Positions 1-14,438 of a stretch of DNA of 64,000 bases are shown one piece after another. Under the pieces are notes generated by a model. It was given only the letters and a program-made list of their open reading frames with translations, was not told the origin of the DNA and searched no databases. How positions within the stretch are numbered: position 1 is the stretch's first letter; every line of letters begins with the position of its first letter. Made by a program: the position numbers and the translations under genes. The stretch covers positions 682,001 to 746,000 of the forward strand of contig NMRA01000101.1 of the NCBI GenBank assembly GCA_002633005.1. The letters are read 5' to 3'. Source of the stretch: Phoronis australis (Eukaryota > Animalia > Phoronida).

Positions 1-859
1 TGACGGTGGGAAACATTTTTATCTTTGCCAGTCAGTCGCCCCCCGCCGAAGTCTGGCAGCCCCAAGCCAATAGGGAACTGACCCCTCGCAGTTCATTTGT
101 GTCTGGGTACATGGGGCTTAGGAGCTTTAATCTCCCACAAGTGGATTGTTACTCTTCGCCAAAGCGGGTTCTGGCCATCGCAACTGTGTGAGCGCTGCCG
201 GACAGGGCGAACATCCCCTGGGAATAAACTGTAGAGATAATTAATGTTATGGGTTCTAGGTGGGAATGATGCCTTGATAGTGGTCACTGACTGCTCCTTC
301 TGTTAGGATACCTGATCCGCCAGAATGATCTGAGACTTGCAGAAGGATGTGGCTGACATGACGTCTACACGAGCAGCACACGTATGGAGTTCGGGGCAGT
401 ACAATAAGCTCTCGTGCGCCTCTCTGAGCTGCGCCATGATACGACAACCATCATCTTCGCCACCGACTCGATGGTGTGGTGACCAGGATCCGCTCTGGTC
501 TGCTCCCATCCAACTGGCTCATCTTCCGGGAGCACTGCTCACTCCAACGTGTTTTTTTTTTACCTATGTCCCTGGTCATGCCGGCGTTGTTGCGAGTGAG
601 CAAGCACAACAATTTGCCAGCAAAAGTCTGATGCCAGTGCCACTAAAGCTTCATGCGCCTGGCGTCATGCTGCTTGGTCCCCTTCTGCGACTAGAGGTTC
701 CCTTCGGCCATTCAGCACCCAGCCACTAGAAAGGCCCTCTGAGAAAACTTCACAATCAACCCACTACGGGAAACATCACCCCTACGACCCTTCAACTCAT
801 CCTCTGTTGGTGTACCTATGGGGATAGGATTTGTGCTTAACATCTTTAATCTGTGAGCC

Positions 860-1773
860 CACTTGCAGAAGGCAATTCAGGCATATAAATACTTAAAGTA
901 TGGTAACAAAATTGTTGGTAACTGAATTCAAGCATCTGTGACCATGATGTGAAGGGTTTGATGAAGATGAATAAGAGTGGGCCCAGAATACTACGTTAAG
1001 GCACCCCGGCGCTTAATAAACCCTGAGGGGTTTCACTAGATAACACACTAGCTACTCTGTCCCTAAAGGAACGACAAAAATAAGATCTGAACAAGCTGAG
1101 GAAAGATTCTGTAATTCCATAAGATTTTAGTTTGATTAATAGCAAGTAATGGGTTACAATGTTGAGTGTTGAGGCTAATTACCCCAAAAACGGACCTGGC
1201 GTTGCCACTTGGAAATTCAGGGTAAACACTGTGGATAACTTCAATTAATTTAGAAAGAGTGCTCTTCCCAGGCAGAAAACAGAACTGCAATGGATATAAT
1301 TATATTCTTCTGCACGTGATTGTACTCAGATGCGAAAACAAGTTTTTCGGACAATTTGGGTAGAGTACAAAGTGAAGTAACAGGCATGTAATTAGAAACC
1401 TGGTTGGTCTTTGTGACGGATAGTGAGTGTATATCCGCTTAAATATACACGTGTTTGTATAGCTTTCTCTTTTAACCCGATTAGCTATACTACATAGCTG
1501 TCCAACGTGCTTATAATTAGAACAGTGAGTCATGCTGGAAGTACACTTTTGAAAGTGATTGGAAAGTTTTTTGTTCATCCTCGATTGAATATAAGCTGTG
1601 TTGTTTGATCTTAAAGGAGTCTTATTTGGATGAGATATATCTAACACCGGTTGCAAAAATAACTGGTTGGTCTGTGTAATGTTTGCCGGCTGAAGTAAAT
1701 CTCTACCGAGGTAGTTTAACATTTTAATTGTTTCACAAAAACCAACACTATGGAAGACACCTGACCGTTTCAA
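860..1773 (-). mobile_element. Degraded non-LTR retrotransposon (LINE) ORF2 fragment
   Basis: Minus strand near 970-1015 reads SAGVP*RSILGPLLF, the RT 'GVPQGSILGPLLF' motif with a stop. ORF 1300-1773 resembles the pre-RT linker. Boundaries approximate. Confidence 0.6.
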
Positions 1774-1805
1774 AGTTAATATTGCATGCAGCTCTTAACT
1801 TTCAG

Positions 1806-1921
1806 AACAGGTAGTACAAAAAGCCGGTCTGCAGATCAAACCACCTGGCTCCGAAGAGGTGGCACCATGTCCCTGTGACCTGACCTATCGACATTGTGAC
1901 TACAGCTGTTGCTGTGATGAG
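1806..1921 (+). CDS. TCTN2: Tectonic-2-like, internal exon (start of Cys-rich tectonic domain)
   Basis: tttcag acceptor, GAG|gtaggt donor (phase 0). Encodes ...APCPCDLTYRHCDYSCCCDE, the tectonic CxCDLT...CD..CCCD motif. Upstream exons lie outside the window. Confidence 0.9.
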
Positions 1922-2049
1922 GTAGGTGAGCGCAGTGTTACAAATGCAAAAGAAAAATAAGATGAGATGAATGTCGTGTGTGTTGACAAGGTCGGCAAAG
2001 GTCCACGAGAAGAATGCAAGGTCTTACTAGAATGTTGAAACTAAACATC

Positions 2050-2376
2050 TAATCTTGTTAAGCAAACTCTGGCAGAGTGGTCTCCCGTGCGTTGGATTGA
2101 AGGGCTACTGAGAGCGTTAAATTATGGCTGTGGTCTGAAAACGACCACAACACTGATATAGATACTACCGTCCTAAGCCACCAATAGACGGTAGTGTTTA
2201 TTAGACGGTCGTTCAAAACTAGTGTCGGCTTGTGCAACCATAGACCGTCAAGTTTTAATTCGCATCTGGAAAGATATTTGTTCTGCTGCAGCTTGAAGGT
2301 CTTTTGTGGCTTTTTTCGTGTCACAACCATTGAGTGCAATCTGGGCGCTCAAGGAATGTCGACGATGATGATGATA
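2050..2376 (+). repeat. Probable SINE body/tail with (GAT)n 3' end
   Basis: Ends in gggcgctcaaggaatgtcgac(gat)4, a retroposon-like tail. Family not identified. Confidence 0.3.
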
Positions 2377-2793
2377 AATATGTGCTTAGCTTACATGATC
2401 AAAAGAATGTGAACTACTTCCTCACATGTCGTAAATAAAAAACAATGTCCTAATATATCACAGAGAATGTGTCACATCACTGTATTGCATACGGCGTTTA
2501 CACGTGTCAAAATAATTATTTAGATTTGATGCACAGGGTAGACCTGTTATTTTTACCCTGACGTACAGGAACGTACCATAAAAACTTACCTTCGAGTTAC
2601 GTAAGTTCCAGACATTGCCAACGTTTATGATCTTGGACTTGCTCATGAACTGAAAGCTAATCTACACCGTGTAAGAACAACAATGACTTGGAATGCTGTC
2701 GTGTATCTTGAAACGATATCTGCCCCCAACTAATAGAATATACGATATGTGAGGTATTCATGAATTGTCTCTTCAAACAATATCCACTCCAAT

Positions 2794-5686
2794 GGGGCTA
2801 TTCGGAAAATCTATAATAACTAGAGGGCGCGCGTGTACTAGTGGTGATAGACTAACAGCCTCGATTTCGCGAGCCCTTTAAATACATGGTGAAATGGCTT
2901 GTAGGCGTGCCAACTGAATCTGATATTGCGTGAAAAGGGTGCTTCCATGAGAGAAAGTAAGCACGTTCTTATACAAAGGTAAGGTTTGTGATTATTTTAA
3001 CGATTATTTCATGTATATTCTACTGATGCCTGTTAACTGAGATACTCGCCGATGTCGACTTCGCGGCAGTTGCCAAACGGGTTAATCTTTGTTTGTTGTA
3101 ATGCCTGTTACGATACTTGACGTCACTCGGGATCTTTTCGTACATCAAAGCACTATTATTTTTGGAATGATTTCTAAGGTTTATCAGTGACAGTTACATC
3201 AATGAATGCTGAATGTTTAACTCGATATTGGTTAGTGAGATTACAATCCAAGCCCAATGCCATAGCAAAGGGTACGTAAATATACATTAGACTATTTGTT
3301 TATTCCCTATCCTATGTCTTCCGGAAATTTATTACACATTGAAATGAAAATCTATCATGTCTGTTTTCACGTGACCCTTGGTTTTTAGGTTTGAGGGCTT
3401 GTACCGTGCAGAAGAGATGTGCATCGCTTCTGCATCGACCCTGAATGGACAAAAAATGGTTTTAAGCAATTGACTGCAGCTTACCAGCAAGATCTTCCCA
3501 TCCAGTTTAGATCTGTTTTTAAAGCCTACTTTCTTCATCGAAGACAACGAACGAGCTTTGTTGCGCCTTTCTCTTCCCACAGCATTTCCACACACCATTA
3601 GTGCTGCATGGCGCAACGTACATGTCAGTGGCCCTGGTGAAATGTGAATCGCAGTACGAAGTTACCATAATACAACGTGTTGTTTGTGTATGAAGAGGAA
3701 CTATATCTGACTGCTACACAAGTCAGCCTTTTGGTGAGAATGTCCTTTCATAGGCAATAAGTCATGTGTGGACAATAGCTTATTTCCTTTCCTGGAAGAA
3801 ACATGAGGGGCTGAAGCTAAAGAAGACGTAGTAACACTCTGGTCTAGTTCAGGGTCAGATTTTGGGCACAAAACGAGTCAAGTGATATGCTGTTGTGTTT
3901 ACCTTCAAGAATCTAATTGAGGCTGAATGAGGTTACCTGGAGGAAAGCCACCTGCCGAAACTGGACCTTATTTACAAGCGCTTCTATTGGCTATTGAAAC
4001 TAGATCTCTGGGAAATGAAAATCAAAAGCATCTGGTATAAATACCTGTCCTTTCTCACTGAGTGACATTAACTTTTCCTTTCAGAAGAAACGCTTTATAC
4101 TAATAGTAAAAAGTTTTCATTTTGGTACACATTATGGGGAAATGGCATTCATTGATTGCATCGAATGTCTTGTCTTATTGTCAGTAGAAAGCCAATTAAT
4201 GTTACACTTTGTTGATCGAATAACTTTTTCATCAACAGGCAAGTTTGTCACTAATTATTGAAACCACAATATTTCCTCAGTTTTAAAGCCCCATACAGTG
4301 CAGGTGTGCTTATTCTTTATAAAGCTGAAATAATTAGCAATCACGCTTGCGAATAGTCATTTTCCTGTTGACCTCTAGAAATGTACAGCGGTCAAAATGA
4401 TGTATTCCCTTTGTTTGCATTTGATTTGTTTGTGCTTCAAATTATTTTTAGAGCCTTCTTAAGTAGGCCTTTCAACACTTTTAAGTTTTGTGTTAACTTG
4501 TCCACAATAAAAGTTCCACATGCAAGAAAAGTACATAAAGAAACAACATTGTTAAAAACAATTGTAATTTTCCCACGCAAAGGAGTCCATAATCAGGCAT
4601 ACATGTACCAAGGGCTGAATTTCTGAATTAGGTTCAATTCTCTCAGGTTATTGCTGAATGACTGCTTTTCACTTTGTCCAAAGGCAAAATTGACGGTCAG
4701 GCGGCTTGTTTCAGTAGTTCTCTCACCTGTAACAGAATAGTCAGAGAAATTTTAGAAAATTATAAAAGAAAACACAAGACAAAACTACATTAGTAAGGCA
4801 GAACATACTGGACGTTTCATCTTCATGTATATATGTAGAAACTAACCCAAGTCAACCTTAAGATCTGAATTAAACTATGTAAAACAGGCTAAAAGTGATT
4901 TAATAATGTGTATTTTTAACGACACCTGAAATGTGCATCTGACCTCAACAAGTAAAATTCATTCTAGGGGTGAATTTTTATTCCAATGCAATGTTATGAC
5001 GTTTACTGAATAGCTTCATTATTCATGTTAATTCGGTAAATAATCTGGTAGTCCTGGGGGTGGGGTCCGCTATAAAATAAGGAAACTCAATCGTCTAGAA
5101 AATTTTACTGGACATAGCATAGCTTTGAAGAGGTACTGCTGTGAAAAAGTAACCTTGTCTTCTGAGCGTCACGTACCATACACCTCTTAAATTGGGCGCA
5201 TTCCCACCCCTGGAGGACAATTTGTGAATATGTGCTGCTAGCTAGCCTACCTGCACTCAAGTCCTGGGTGAGTTTCCGAAAAGAAACACTTAGTTCCACT
5301 CAATAAACCCGTTATCCAGTGAAGTAAATAGTGGGGATAGCACCACCGAACGATGTCGATAGAAACTTGATTGCTAAAAACTTATCAAGCAACGTTATGT
5401 AGTCTCCCAAAGGGGCTTCGGCATCCACACACTTTTTGTCAGTTGGTTGACCCTTTTGACCGCAATGCTCCGCGAATGTAGTAACCTTAGGTCTTTTGGT
5501 AATTTGTGACCACCTGTCGAAGACTTGCACCAGGGAAAATATCAATAACAAGGCTTTGCGCGACGACATATTTTGATAACAATCCATCTTTTTACCAGCT
5601 GTTCACATGCAGACAGCGACGCATGCGCAATTCAATCACCACTAGTACAGCAGCGACACCGTGAGGAGAATTCTCCGAATAGCCCC
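2794..5686. mobile_element. Decayed TIR DNA transposon, ISL2EU/PIF-Harbinger-like, with THAP-like remnant
   Basis: 17-bp TIR GGGGCTATTCGGA(A/G)AAT, flanked by AT on both sides (2792-93, 5687-88). Minus ORF 5312-5587 has ..FDRW..KR and a terminal GAIPTIYF resembling the THAP AVPTIF box. Confidence 0.7.
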
Positions 5687-6355
5687 ATTAACTGAAATAA
5701 TAATCGTGATTTACTGCATAGAATTTGTTACGATTCGAGATGCACTATAACTTGTCCCGTAACATGCTGCACATGCCCTACTAGACTAAGAAGCACCGTA
5801 TATCGAGATAGCTAAATGGTTCGTATCTTCTCATTTGGTTCAACAAACCGTTCTTGACTAATTTCTGTGTTCAAGTTGTCGACATGTGGTTCAGCAAGAA
5901 CTCGCTTGGTGTTTCATCCTTTCATAGACACGTTCCATCTTGTTCTCCCATGACACAGTCAGTTCAGTTAGCATTTCTCTTTTAAGTAAATCATTCCTAA
6001 TGAAAATCTACAGATGCATTAGTCCATGAATTTGTACCGTACTACAGCTTTTAATGTCTGACGCCTTCCTTTGTCATTCGTAGTGGAAACTTTTCTCGCA
6101 AATTAGTTGTATACCTCGGTGTTTTCATTCGCGTACTTCAGTTCTCAGTGGGCATTGTATTCTGTGACAGGACCTCCGGAACCTGATTGTTGCTCCTGGT
6201 AAATTTCTAAAGGCTATGAGTACATCTTTGCAGAACATGGCAAGTACGAGCGCTTCGCTTGCCGGACGTCGGTACGTTTTAATAAGCCATTCTTTGAGTC
6301 GGGCATTGTTGACAAATCATTGAGTAAGCACCAATACATATATGCTGGCTTATAG

Positions 6356-6612
6356 GACTGCACTTCCTTGGATCACCTAGCTTTCGAGCACTGCATACCC
6401 GGGCCATTTGGTGGGGGTGCCGGCGATTTACCAGACTTCATGTGCAACTCGGCTTTTTACAACAACACGGACTACATGAGGTTTATGTGTGTTGAGAAGC
6501 AAAAAGAAATCAACCTTGGGAACTACTTCAGCAACATGACTTACATCAGTCAGCTGAATGAACTCAAAGAAGTGATTGCTGAGCTTCAGGGTAACCGCTA
6601 TTTTGACTTCAA
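6356..6612 (+). CDS. TCTN2: Tectonic-2-like exon
   Basis: tatag|GAC acceptor (phase 0) completes CCCDE-DC. CIPGPFGG..DFMCNS resembles the TCTN2 CLPGVFGG motif. Donor AA|gtaagc (phase 2). Confidence 0.9.
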
Positions 6613-9600
6613 GTAAGCAGTCGCATAGTGTAATGTGTTTTACTACAGCTTACAACCAAATCTCATGTAGAGAGATAATTTGGAGTAAGCGAGGAAAATT
6701 TGAGAATGGGGAAGTTGCTATCGTTTGATCTTGCGACTCGCTTCGATAGCATTGGCGAAGAATTCCAAGAGCCTTCTGACATGAACTTGAATAATGAAGG
6801 TTTATGAGTTTTGATAGTTGTTATGTCATGCCATTTCGAAAGGTTTGAACACAAATACATTCAAATGAGATTTTTTTGTTTAAACTTTAATGTCAAAGGA
6901 ATGACTCCTTTCGAAGTTTAAATAGTTTCTTCGTTGCTCTATTAACCTTAAGTCGGTTATATAGGGGTGGGAATTGAACCCGTTATCATTCCCAATGCTT
7001 AGCGGGATAAAAACGGAAATCGAATTGGGCAATTTATTCTCTTAAAATCACAGTTGTAACATTGCTTACTGGATACGATTCTATGTCCGTTACGAACACG
7101 AACATTGAATCCATCAGCGAATCAAGAAAATGTTTCACCGTTCATTGAGGATACCAATTCGAAAATGGCTTATGACGCTTTGCCAGTTACTTGGGTTGCT
7201 AACGAAAATAGAATCTTTAACAGTAAGGAATGTTATGAGACCACTTTTGGAGGACTGCCATGATGTGATTGGCATAGGTACCTGCCTCATAATGTCCAAG
7301 CCCCTCCAAACATCTCGATGAATTGGTCAATGTTGACAACTTTTGGGCTAGGTACCTTGAAATTTCCCTGTACCTGTATTTGAGAATTTTTAGTAGGCGG
7401 TAGTGTCGAATTTTCAATAACAGCTGCTGTGGTGGTGCTACCGAGTCTTATTTAACTGGGATTTTGCAGGAGAAGAAATGAAATGACCGCCTTCGAAACA
7501 ACAATAACCAATTATGGTTACAAAGACGGAATGCCAGTTCAGACGTTGTATTACACAAAGGACAAGAGACCAATTAAGGGCCATTTGACCCTGCCACTCA
7601 TGTTGAATGGTCATTGCATGCCTGAGTCTCCCGTTAGGTAAGTAATAACATATGATGCAACGTGTAGTATTGTTTCGGAAATACACAAAACCTACCAAGA
7701 GTGGTCTACATGAAGGAATATCCCACGCGACATTGGATATTACTTCATGTACTTCAATCCAGGTACGTTTTGTATTTATCCCATAAGCTTCGAATTCCTG
7801 AGTTTTTTCTTTCATTATTTCCGCAGATTTCAGACTGTTCACGTGGCGGATCGCATCCGATATGGATGTACTTACGCATTATGTTACAAGTTTTCTCTGG
7901 TATAAGAAACATTTTTAAAACGATTCATTACTTGAAAATAGATAACCGAATTTGTAACATCTGAAAATATTTAAATAACAACAATACTTAGTATTGTAGT
8001 TACAGATCATTCGGCGCCTGACTTGCAGACGATATAACATTTATCAAATGAAATCTCGGACAGGATGTCATACAATTAACAGCCGTGTTCCAGATGTTAC
8101 GATTGACATCTGACTGCATGTTGAGTGTTATTTACACCGCTACAATCGTATTATTTTAAGCTATTTTCCAAAAGTTTGATGATCTAACCGGCTAACGACG
8201 TTGAGTCGACATTGCCCTACCTTTTGAACTTTCCATGGCAGAAGTAGGGCGGGAGGTGAACACGAAAGCAATTATTACATGGTCGTATTTTCCTCAACAG
8301 ATTCAACGCGTATGGGATAAAAAACATAAACTAAGTAATTGGCGGAAATCGCTCCTGTTTCAGGGTTAATTTATTCTTTTATTTTTACTGACCAACAGAT
8401 TCGCGTGGCACGTGCTTGGTTAGACTTTTGAATTAACTAGTGGTCTGAGCTTAGATTTTGTTCAGATACGTCACTGAGCTGACGACAGACCTACCGGTGA
8501 CAGCGATCATGTCCTACTTTAAACTGGACCTAGTGATGAAGGAAGTGGAAGAGATGTTAAGCATTGAACCTTCTACTTCAGCTTATAGCCGTCTTGCAGT
8601 GTTGTTAGCATAAAAGGTGCTACCACGAAGTTCTGTGTTGACTACAGTCGGCTAGTAAATGAGGCGACCATGTTTTACAAAGAATCGAGTTTTTTGCTCA
8701 ATGATTGACTAGGTTGTTACCGGCATATTTGTATGAACGAGTCGTGACCCGTGGAGGTTGTTACAGCTCTTGTCACACTGTCTGTGTCACTTTACTCCAC
8801 CTTACATCATCTGTTCAAGGGCTCATTTCCTCTGCAGTCATTTTGTAAACATGCAACCAAACACTTATAGTTTGATGTTATAGGACTGCATGTAATCTCA
8901 ACCCCCCCCCCCACTACTTTGCTGTTATAGCGCTGAATGTAATCTCAAACCTTGAGAGGCCAGTGGATTAGTTCAGAAAATACATTTCATGAAAACATGT
9001 CATAAAACGAACTTCAAACATTGTTTTTTTTGGTAACATCTGATTAAAAAATCTCCCAAGTCTAAAAGTAGCCCCTATCCTCTTGCTAGTTTGGGTGAGG
9101 TCAAGTTGTCTTAATCTCAGGGCAAAGTTTAGTAGTAAATGAGAGACAAGCTTTTTTAAGAGTTATTATTAAGTCCAGTCTTGGAAGAGTCTACTCGGAA
9201 TATTCCTGTTTCAAGTGAATATCGATGTTGTAACCATTTTTAATTATGATTTTCCCCATCAAAAAATGATGTTTAACTTATAAGGAAAAGTCTAAAACGT
9301 GCCTTTATAGCCCAATAATTCGTAATATTCAAACGAAAGGTCACTGAGTACAATTAATGCGACTACGTAAAATCCCAAAATAGTAGAATATTCCGATCGG
9401 CATTCATTGGAAACGCCGACATACATTGGTCAGCTCTGAGTAACCTAGTCAGATGTTGTTCAAGTAACTTTTTGGTTAAACAGTATATTACCAATTTGTA
9501 CGTAACTTAACAAAAACCATGTTTTCTTCGCTCGAGCCTCTGTTTGTGTAGGTAGAAAAACAGGTGAACAGAGAAGCAGGCCACCTCTTCTGCTGTCATG

Positions 9601-10199
9601 TTATCACCGACGCATCTTTGGTAGCATTCCACGTTTCTGTGCTGTTCGTCTTTCTTAATCGCCCCTACCAAGGACGTGGCACGCTATTACAGTCATCTTA
9701 GAGCCATACCATATGTTAGATAAAATACATGTATTACAAGCGTAAATATACGGTCCACTTTTTGATATCCATTGCTTAGAAGCTATTTAGCATCAAAGCA
9801 AAATAGCAAGTATGAGCGGTTTATACTGGAGACCTGGTGTTAATTTATTTCAAGCTACGAAACTTCCAATTGATCCCAACTCAGATTCTGGTGAGCTAAA
9901 GTTAGACATCGTGGTTCATAAATATGTGAGCAGAGGAATATATTCCAGTGTCAGTTGTTCCCATTGCTTTGTTAGTTAAACTACACCAGATTATTTTAGC
10001 TTTTTGATTCTGGCTGTTATCGAAATGTTTCCGCTCCATCCCGGGCAGCCGTTGGCTTTGTTGAGGATTCATCTTCGCATTGGGAAATGTAAGGATCAGG
10101 ACGTCCTTTCTTATTAATTGATATTTGAAAAGGTTTGCCTCCTTCGTTCAATTTTTTGCAAGTAGGAAATACAAAGTTTAATTCGGTTCCGTCAGTTGG

Positions 10200-10795
10200 G
10201 CTTTTCAAATCGTCACTTTGGAGAAATGTAACAAAGTGAGGCACCAACTATTCGGCTTTGAGTACAATTTCATGTACATACGTGTGAACAGTTGCTTTTG
10301 CGACTCCGAGAAGGTTGCCGATAGTGCAGTAAGCAGCCCCAGTAGCCAACTTGTGTTCCAGCTTCAACGGTTGTCTGACACGTCGGTTGCATTCTTCGAT
10401 TGTAAACAGGTCTCGCCATTCTTGCCTCAACGAATAAAATGTGTCTCGTCTCGTTTGAATTTTTTCAGTCCACTCTTTGTCTTCGAAGTCTTCTTTTATT
10501 GTTTTCTGCCACCAATTCGTCGACCTCTCTTTAGCTCATACTCTTCGATCAATCCTGTCAATAGACAGTAGGAAACGAGTCTTCTTCTCCTTCCCAGCAG
10601 CCGACGTCTTATGTTGCAATGTTGCTTCCTCTCTTGAAAATGAAGAGCACCACGGCCTTCGCCGAGCGCATTGTCATTTTTCTATATTGCTACATGAACG
10701 GGCAGCAAATTTAGACATACACTTGGGTTTATGTTTACGTATGGTGTGTATTTACGCACGGGTGTGTATTTGCAACATACATAAGGGGCTTTAAA
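10200..10795 (-). mobile_element. PIF/Harbinger transposase fragment (N-terminal HTH region)
   Basis: ORF 10248-10430 KLATGAAYCTIGNLLGVAKATVH matches the Harbinger/HARBI1 'LA.G..YRTIANLFGVSKSTV' HTH. Contains stops; catalytic part absent. Confidence 0.7.
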
Positions 10796-13700
10796 GTCTC
10801 GTTGAAAACACTTAATTGTTCAACAGAACAGAAACAAGACATCCATGCCTTTCCTCCACAACATCTCCGCACAGTTTAGAATATGTACAATCCAAAGTGA
10901 CAGTACCGTAAGGCCACCGTTGTCCTCCAGCTACTGCAATTGATAAACTTCTTTACTAGACTGGGGGGTTTCCACTCGCCAAAGTTTCCCGGCAATCATT
11001 GCACGAAACAATTACAAACACTAGAACCACAAAACCAGCAATGTATGTCACAATATTTTCAATGACGGTGAGGTGCTCAGACGGCAAGTACTGGATGTAA
11101 TCATACCGACTAGTGTTGAAAGCTGTCGGCAGCTCAATTTTGATATACTGGGGCCACACGGACAGCTTTAAGGGAGCGAGTGGCGTTCATCGCAAGGACT
11201 TGCCTCGCTGGTCAGGAGTAACGCCTCTACAATAAAACATTGAGACGACGAAAAATACTTCTGAACTGTCGACAAGTCGGATTGTTGTTTCAGTTTCCTG
11301 AAAAAGCAATCCAACAATGAATGAGATCCGGTTGGAATAATTTTCATAAGCAATAAACACAAAAATTACACATTTGCCTTTAGTCTTTGCCCAGTTACAA
11401 CGAAGGACCAGGTTTATTTCAGTCAGTGAGTAGTCTTTCACTCAGCTAATGCGTTAGAAAATCGGCGTTGTTAAACACTGTTACCTGCTCAACCACATGT
11501 AAAACATCTAAATCTGGTTAATAATGACAAATATTTCAAAGCACTTGGAGTAATATGTAGAATTGAAGTGATGACGCTCATCCTACTGATTGGTTGACCG
11601 ATCGCCATACTGCGAGGCAAGCTTGTTATGAGCGCAGACTGAGAATGAGGGACATTAGAGAGAATATTTGAACTTCTACAATACAAATAAATAAAATTTG
11701 GTGGTGGCTCCAATCGAAACGACGATAAGAAGAAGTGATCTTTCCATTCAGTCCCTGTCGAACAAAGAAGACTTTACGAGAGAACATTATGCATCTCTTG
11801 CGACTCGTCATGGAAGACGACCACTACTGTCAAGGTGGTTTGCTCAAAGAAATAATGCTACACAGTATTATGTGACACCCATGAGCATTTTTGTATTGAC
11901 ATAAAACATACATTGAAAATAACTTTAATATTTCACATGAAAATAATGCAACAGTCAAAAGGCTGAAGTGATGTTTTACTTGACATGTGAATGTATTATG
12001 TCTTCACGAGACTCTTAACAACTGTGCATTTATATCAATGCAGTATACCTTCTAGAGGAATAAAAGTGAATTCCACCTGAAACCATCAAGCCCAAAAGAT
12101 AGTCCTATATATTGTTTAGTTTCTACAGAACAATTACCCAGTTTTCTCACGCGATGGGTCTCTTAAATCCAGTAGAAATCAAATTTCTGGAGTGAAGGTG
12201 TCAAACACCACATCTATGACCTTCGAAATAATTGTATTGACGCACAAGTGCAAGATAGAATTTAATGTCTTCTTTACCCAAACCATTATGTACTTAAGAA
12301 TAAAATAATCGACACTTTTTGAGTTTGCGTGAAAGTAGAATAGATACTGAAAAAAATAATTTGGAGTTCAATTTTGAGTAAAATGATTAGACAACGAGCG
12401 GGCCCTGGTTCTGTCGAATGTGCTTGGTTAGATTATTTGCACCGTGTGGTAACTGAGTGTACCCATGGTAAGAGAGGGTATCCAACATTTGAAAACATGT
12501 ACCACAAAACTAGTATGGCATCGACATTACGTATTTATACACACCGTGACAACGAGGGAAAGATGCCATTTAGTGAAGCTGACAGGATTTCTCCCTTCTA
12601 CTGATGGCTTTAATAGCTCAATGGCTAAAGTGTTTCCATTAAAAGTTACTCGGGGTGATTATATGCACCTACTATGTGCATCGCAAATAGCAAAGATAAT
12701 AGGTGTTCTCACTATTTCAAATATTCCCATAAAAGGGAACAATACTAGAAAACTGCTACTAGGGGATACCACAGTAGTCAGATTTGTCCAAAACTCAAAC
12801 GTCACTCGGGGATGTTCTCATTAATAATACATCTGTCAAATTTCATGAAGATCCACAATGAACTTGTTAGATATTGAAGCAGAGGCATGGATCAAAGAAA
12901 AAATATAAACGCAACCAAAAACATGCAAACTTTTAATCTTCACATGGACATATATGAGCATGAATTACCTCAAGACAGTCTGACTTCAAATGGATGGATG
13001 CCAAGAGCGTTGCCCAACTTCAGTGTGGCTGTGCATGACCTGCTGAAATTTTGAGCTGCCAATGAAACCTTCATTTTGTTTTTGAAGTTGATGTGCTCCC
13101 TGGTTTGCTTGTTGACAGTCCACAGATATACTGTGTCCTGTAAAAATCAACAAAAACAAATTTACAAAAATTTTCACTTACCAGGTGACAACAGAACATA
13201 CCCGGTACTAAGATTTTTGATTTTTCCATATCTAAAATTGACCACAGTAAATCAGTAATATCCCACAATTGCTTAACGCAAATCTCACATATAAGAAAGG
13301 TTTGAAGGTTGTTCGCATCGAATTTGCAGCCCAGTAGTCTATACAGTTTTTATGTTTGTATCATGACCGTCTATTCTCAAACCCGTGGCAGAGAATCCTT
13401 TCTCGTGTAAAAGCCGAATTGCTTCCAGTATAAGAGCTGACACTGTGTTTGACCAGTTCATGACCTAATGAAAAGGTAGCTAAAGGATATTTTCCAGTTG
13501 CCTCTCGCACCAACAACAATAAGCACAAGCTCTTCTTTGGCATCGTCTGTCGTGTCGTTAAATGCAGGTTCAAGAAACCCCATCATCCGACCTTGCTTTT
13601 GATCGTACTCAACTTTCTGTTTGACAGCCATAACATCAATGAGTAGAGTGCATCCCTTGTATCTAGTATCCTTGACAAAGTCACTCACACTTTGGAGAAC

Positions 13701-14287
13701 ACTGGAGTTGGATCCTTGGAACTCATCCTCAGATTCCACCCAACTGCAAAAATATATGTATGAGTAAATACGACCTACTTGAGACACCAACACAAAAAGT
13801 GTATACTTGGATGTAACTGTTTTTACGTTTGTGCGACTATTCAACCATTTCCAAGAATACAGAGACATAACGAAAAACAAACAATGAAAAGCAGTTTGTG
13901 TCTTCCTACCAGTTAAAATAACTACATTGGTGTGCTCATCCTACTCTCAGAAATATCAACTGCAGTGTTAATGTACTTAACATTTCATGAACTACTTATT
14001 GAATGTCAGATATAGGAAATTATTGGCGTGCCACTGAGTACAAATTAAGCATGAAACATGAACCTGGCGTGCGTTCAGTAGACGCTAGGACCTACGCTGG
14101 GACCTAACTAAAACCTATTCAAAGTCACGTGCTCTTATTTACAATGCACGGCAATATCTCACGTAATCTCGCGAAGTCTTGCTTTTTAGCGAGGTTCTAG
14201 CGTTACTGAACGGGAGGCTGGATACACATCTGACAACGTATGCACAGTGGACAACAGAGCTTATCACATAAACTCTTTGATAAATTA

Positions 14288-14438
14288 TGTAAATATGTGA
14301 GTCTGTGAAGTAATCGTAACGATGTTGTCAGATAAGTTTAGTCCCTAAACTCAAAAGAGACTGACGACCGTTTTGTCAAGAACCGGAAACAATGTATTAT
14401 TGTGATCTAACGAATAATACAATACGAACATGTCAACA
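14288..14438 (-). repeat. 3' LTR
   Basis: tgtaaatatg...tgtcaaca, preceded on the minus strand by a polypurine tract. Aligns by eye to the repeat starting at 23422. Confidence 0.85.

Noticed and set aside
1-780. GC-richer segment with short ORFs, possibly a LINE ORF1/endonuclease remnant on -
   Set aside because: Only a weak LVGD-like trace; too degraded to call.
7440-7860. 134-aa minus ORF or possible SINE body
   Set aside because: No protein motif and no clear Pol III boxes or TSD identified.
8466-8613. Phase-2 candidate Tectonic exon (YVTELTTDLP...)
   Set aside because: No recognisable tectonic motif, and it runs into a stop without a convincing donor.
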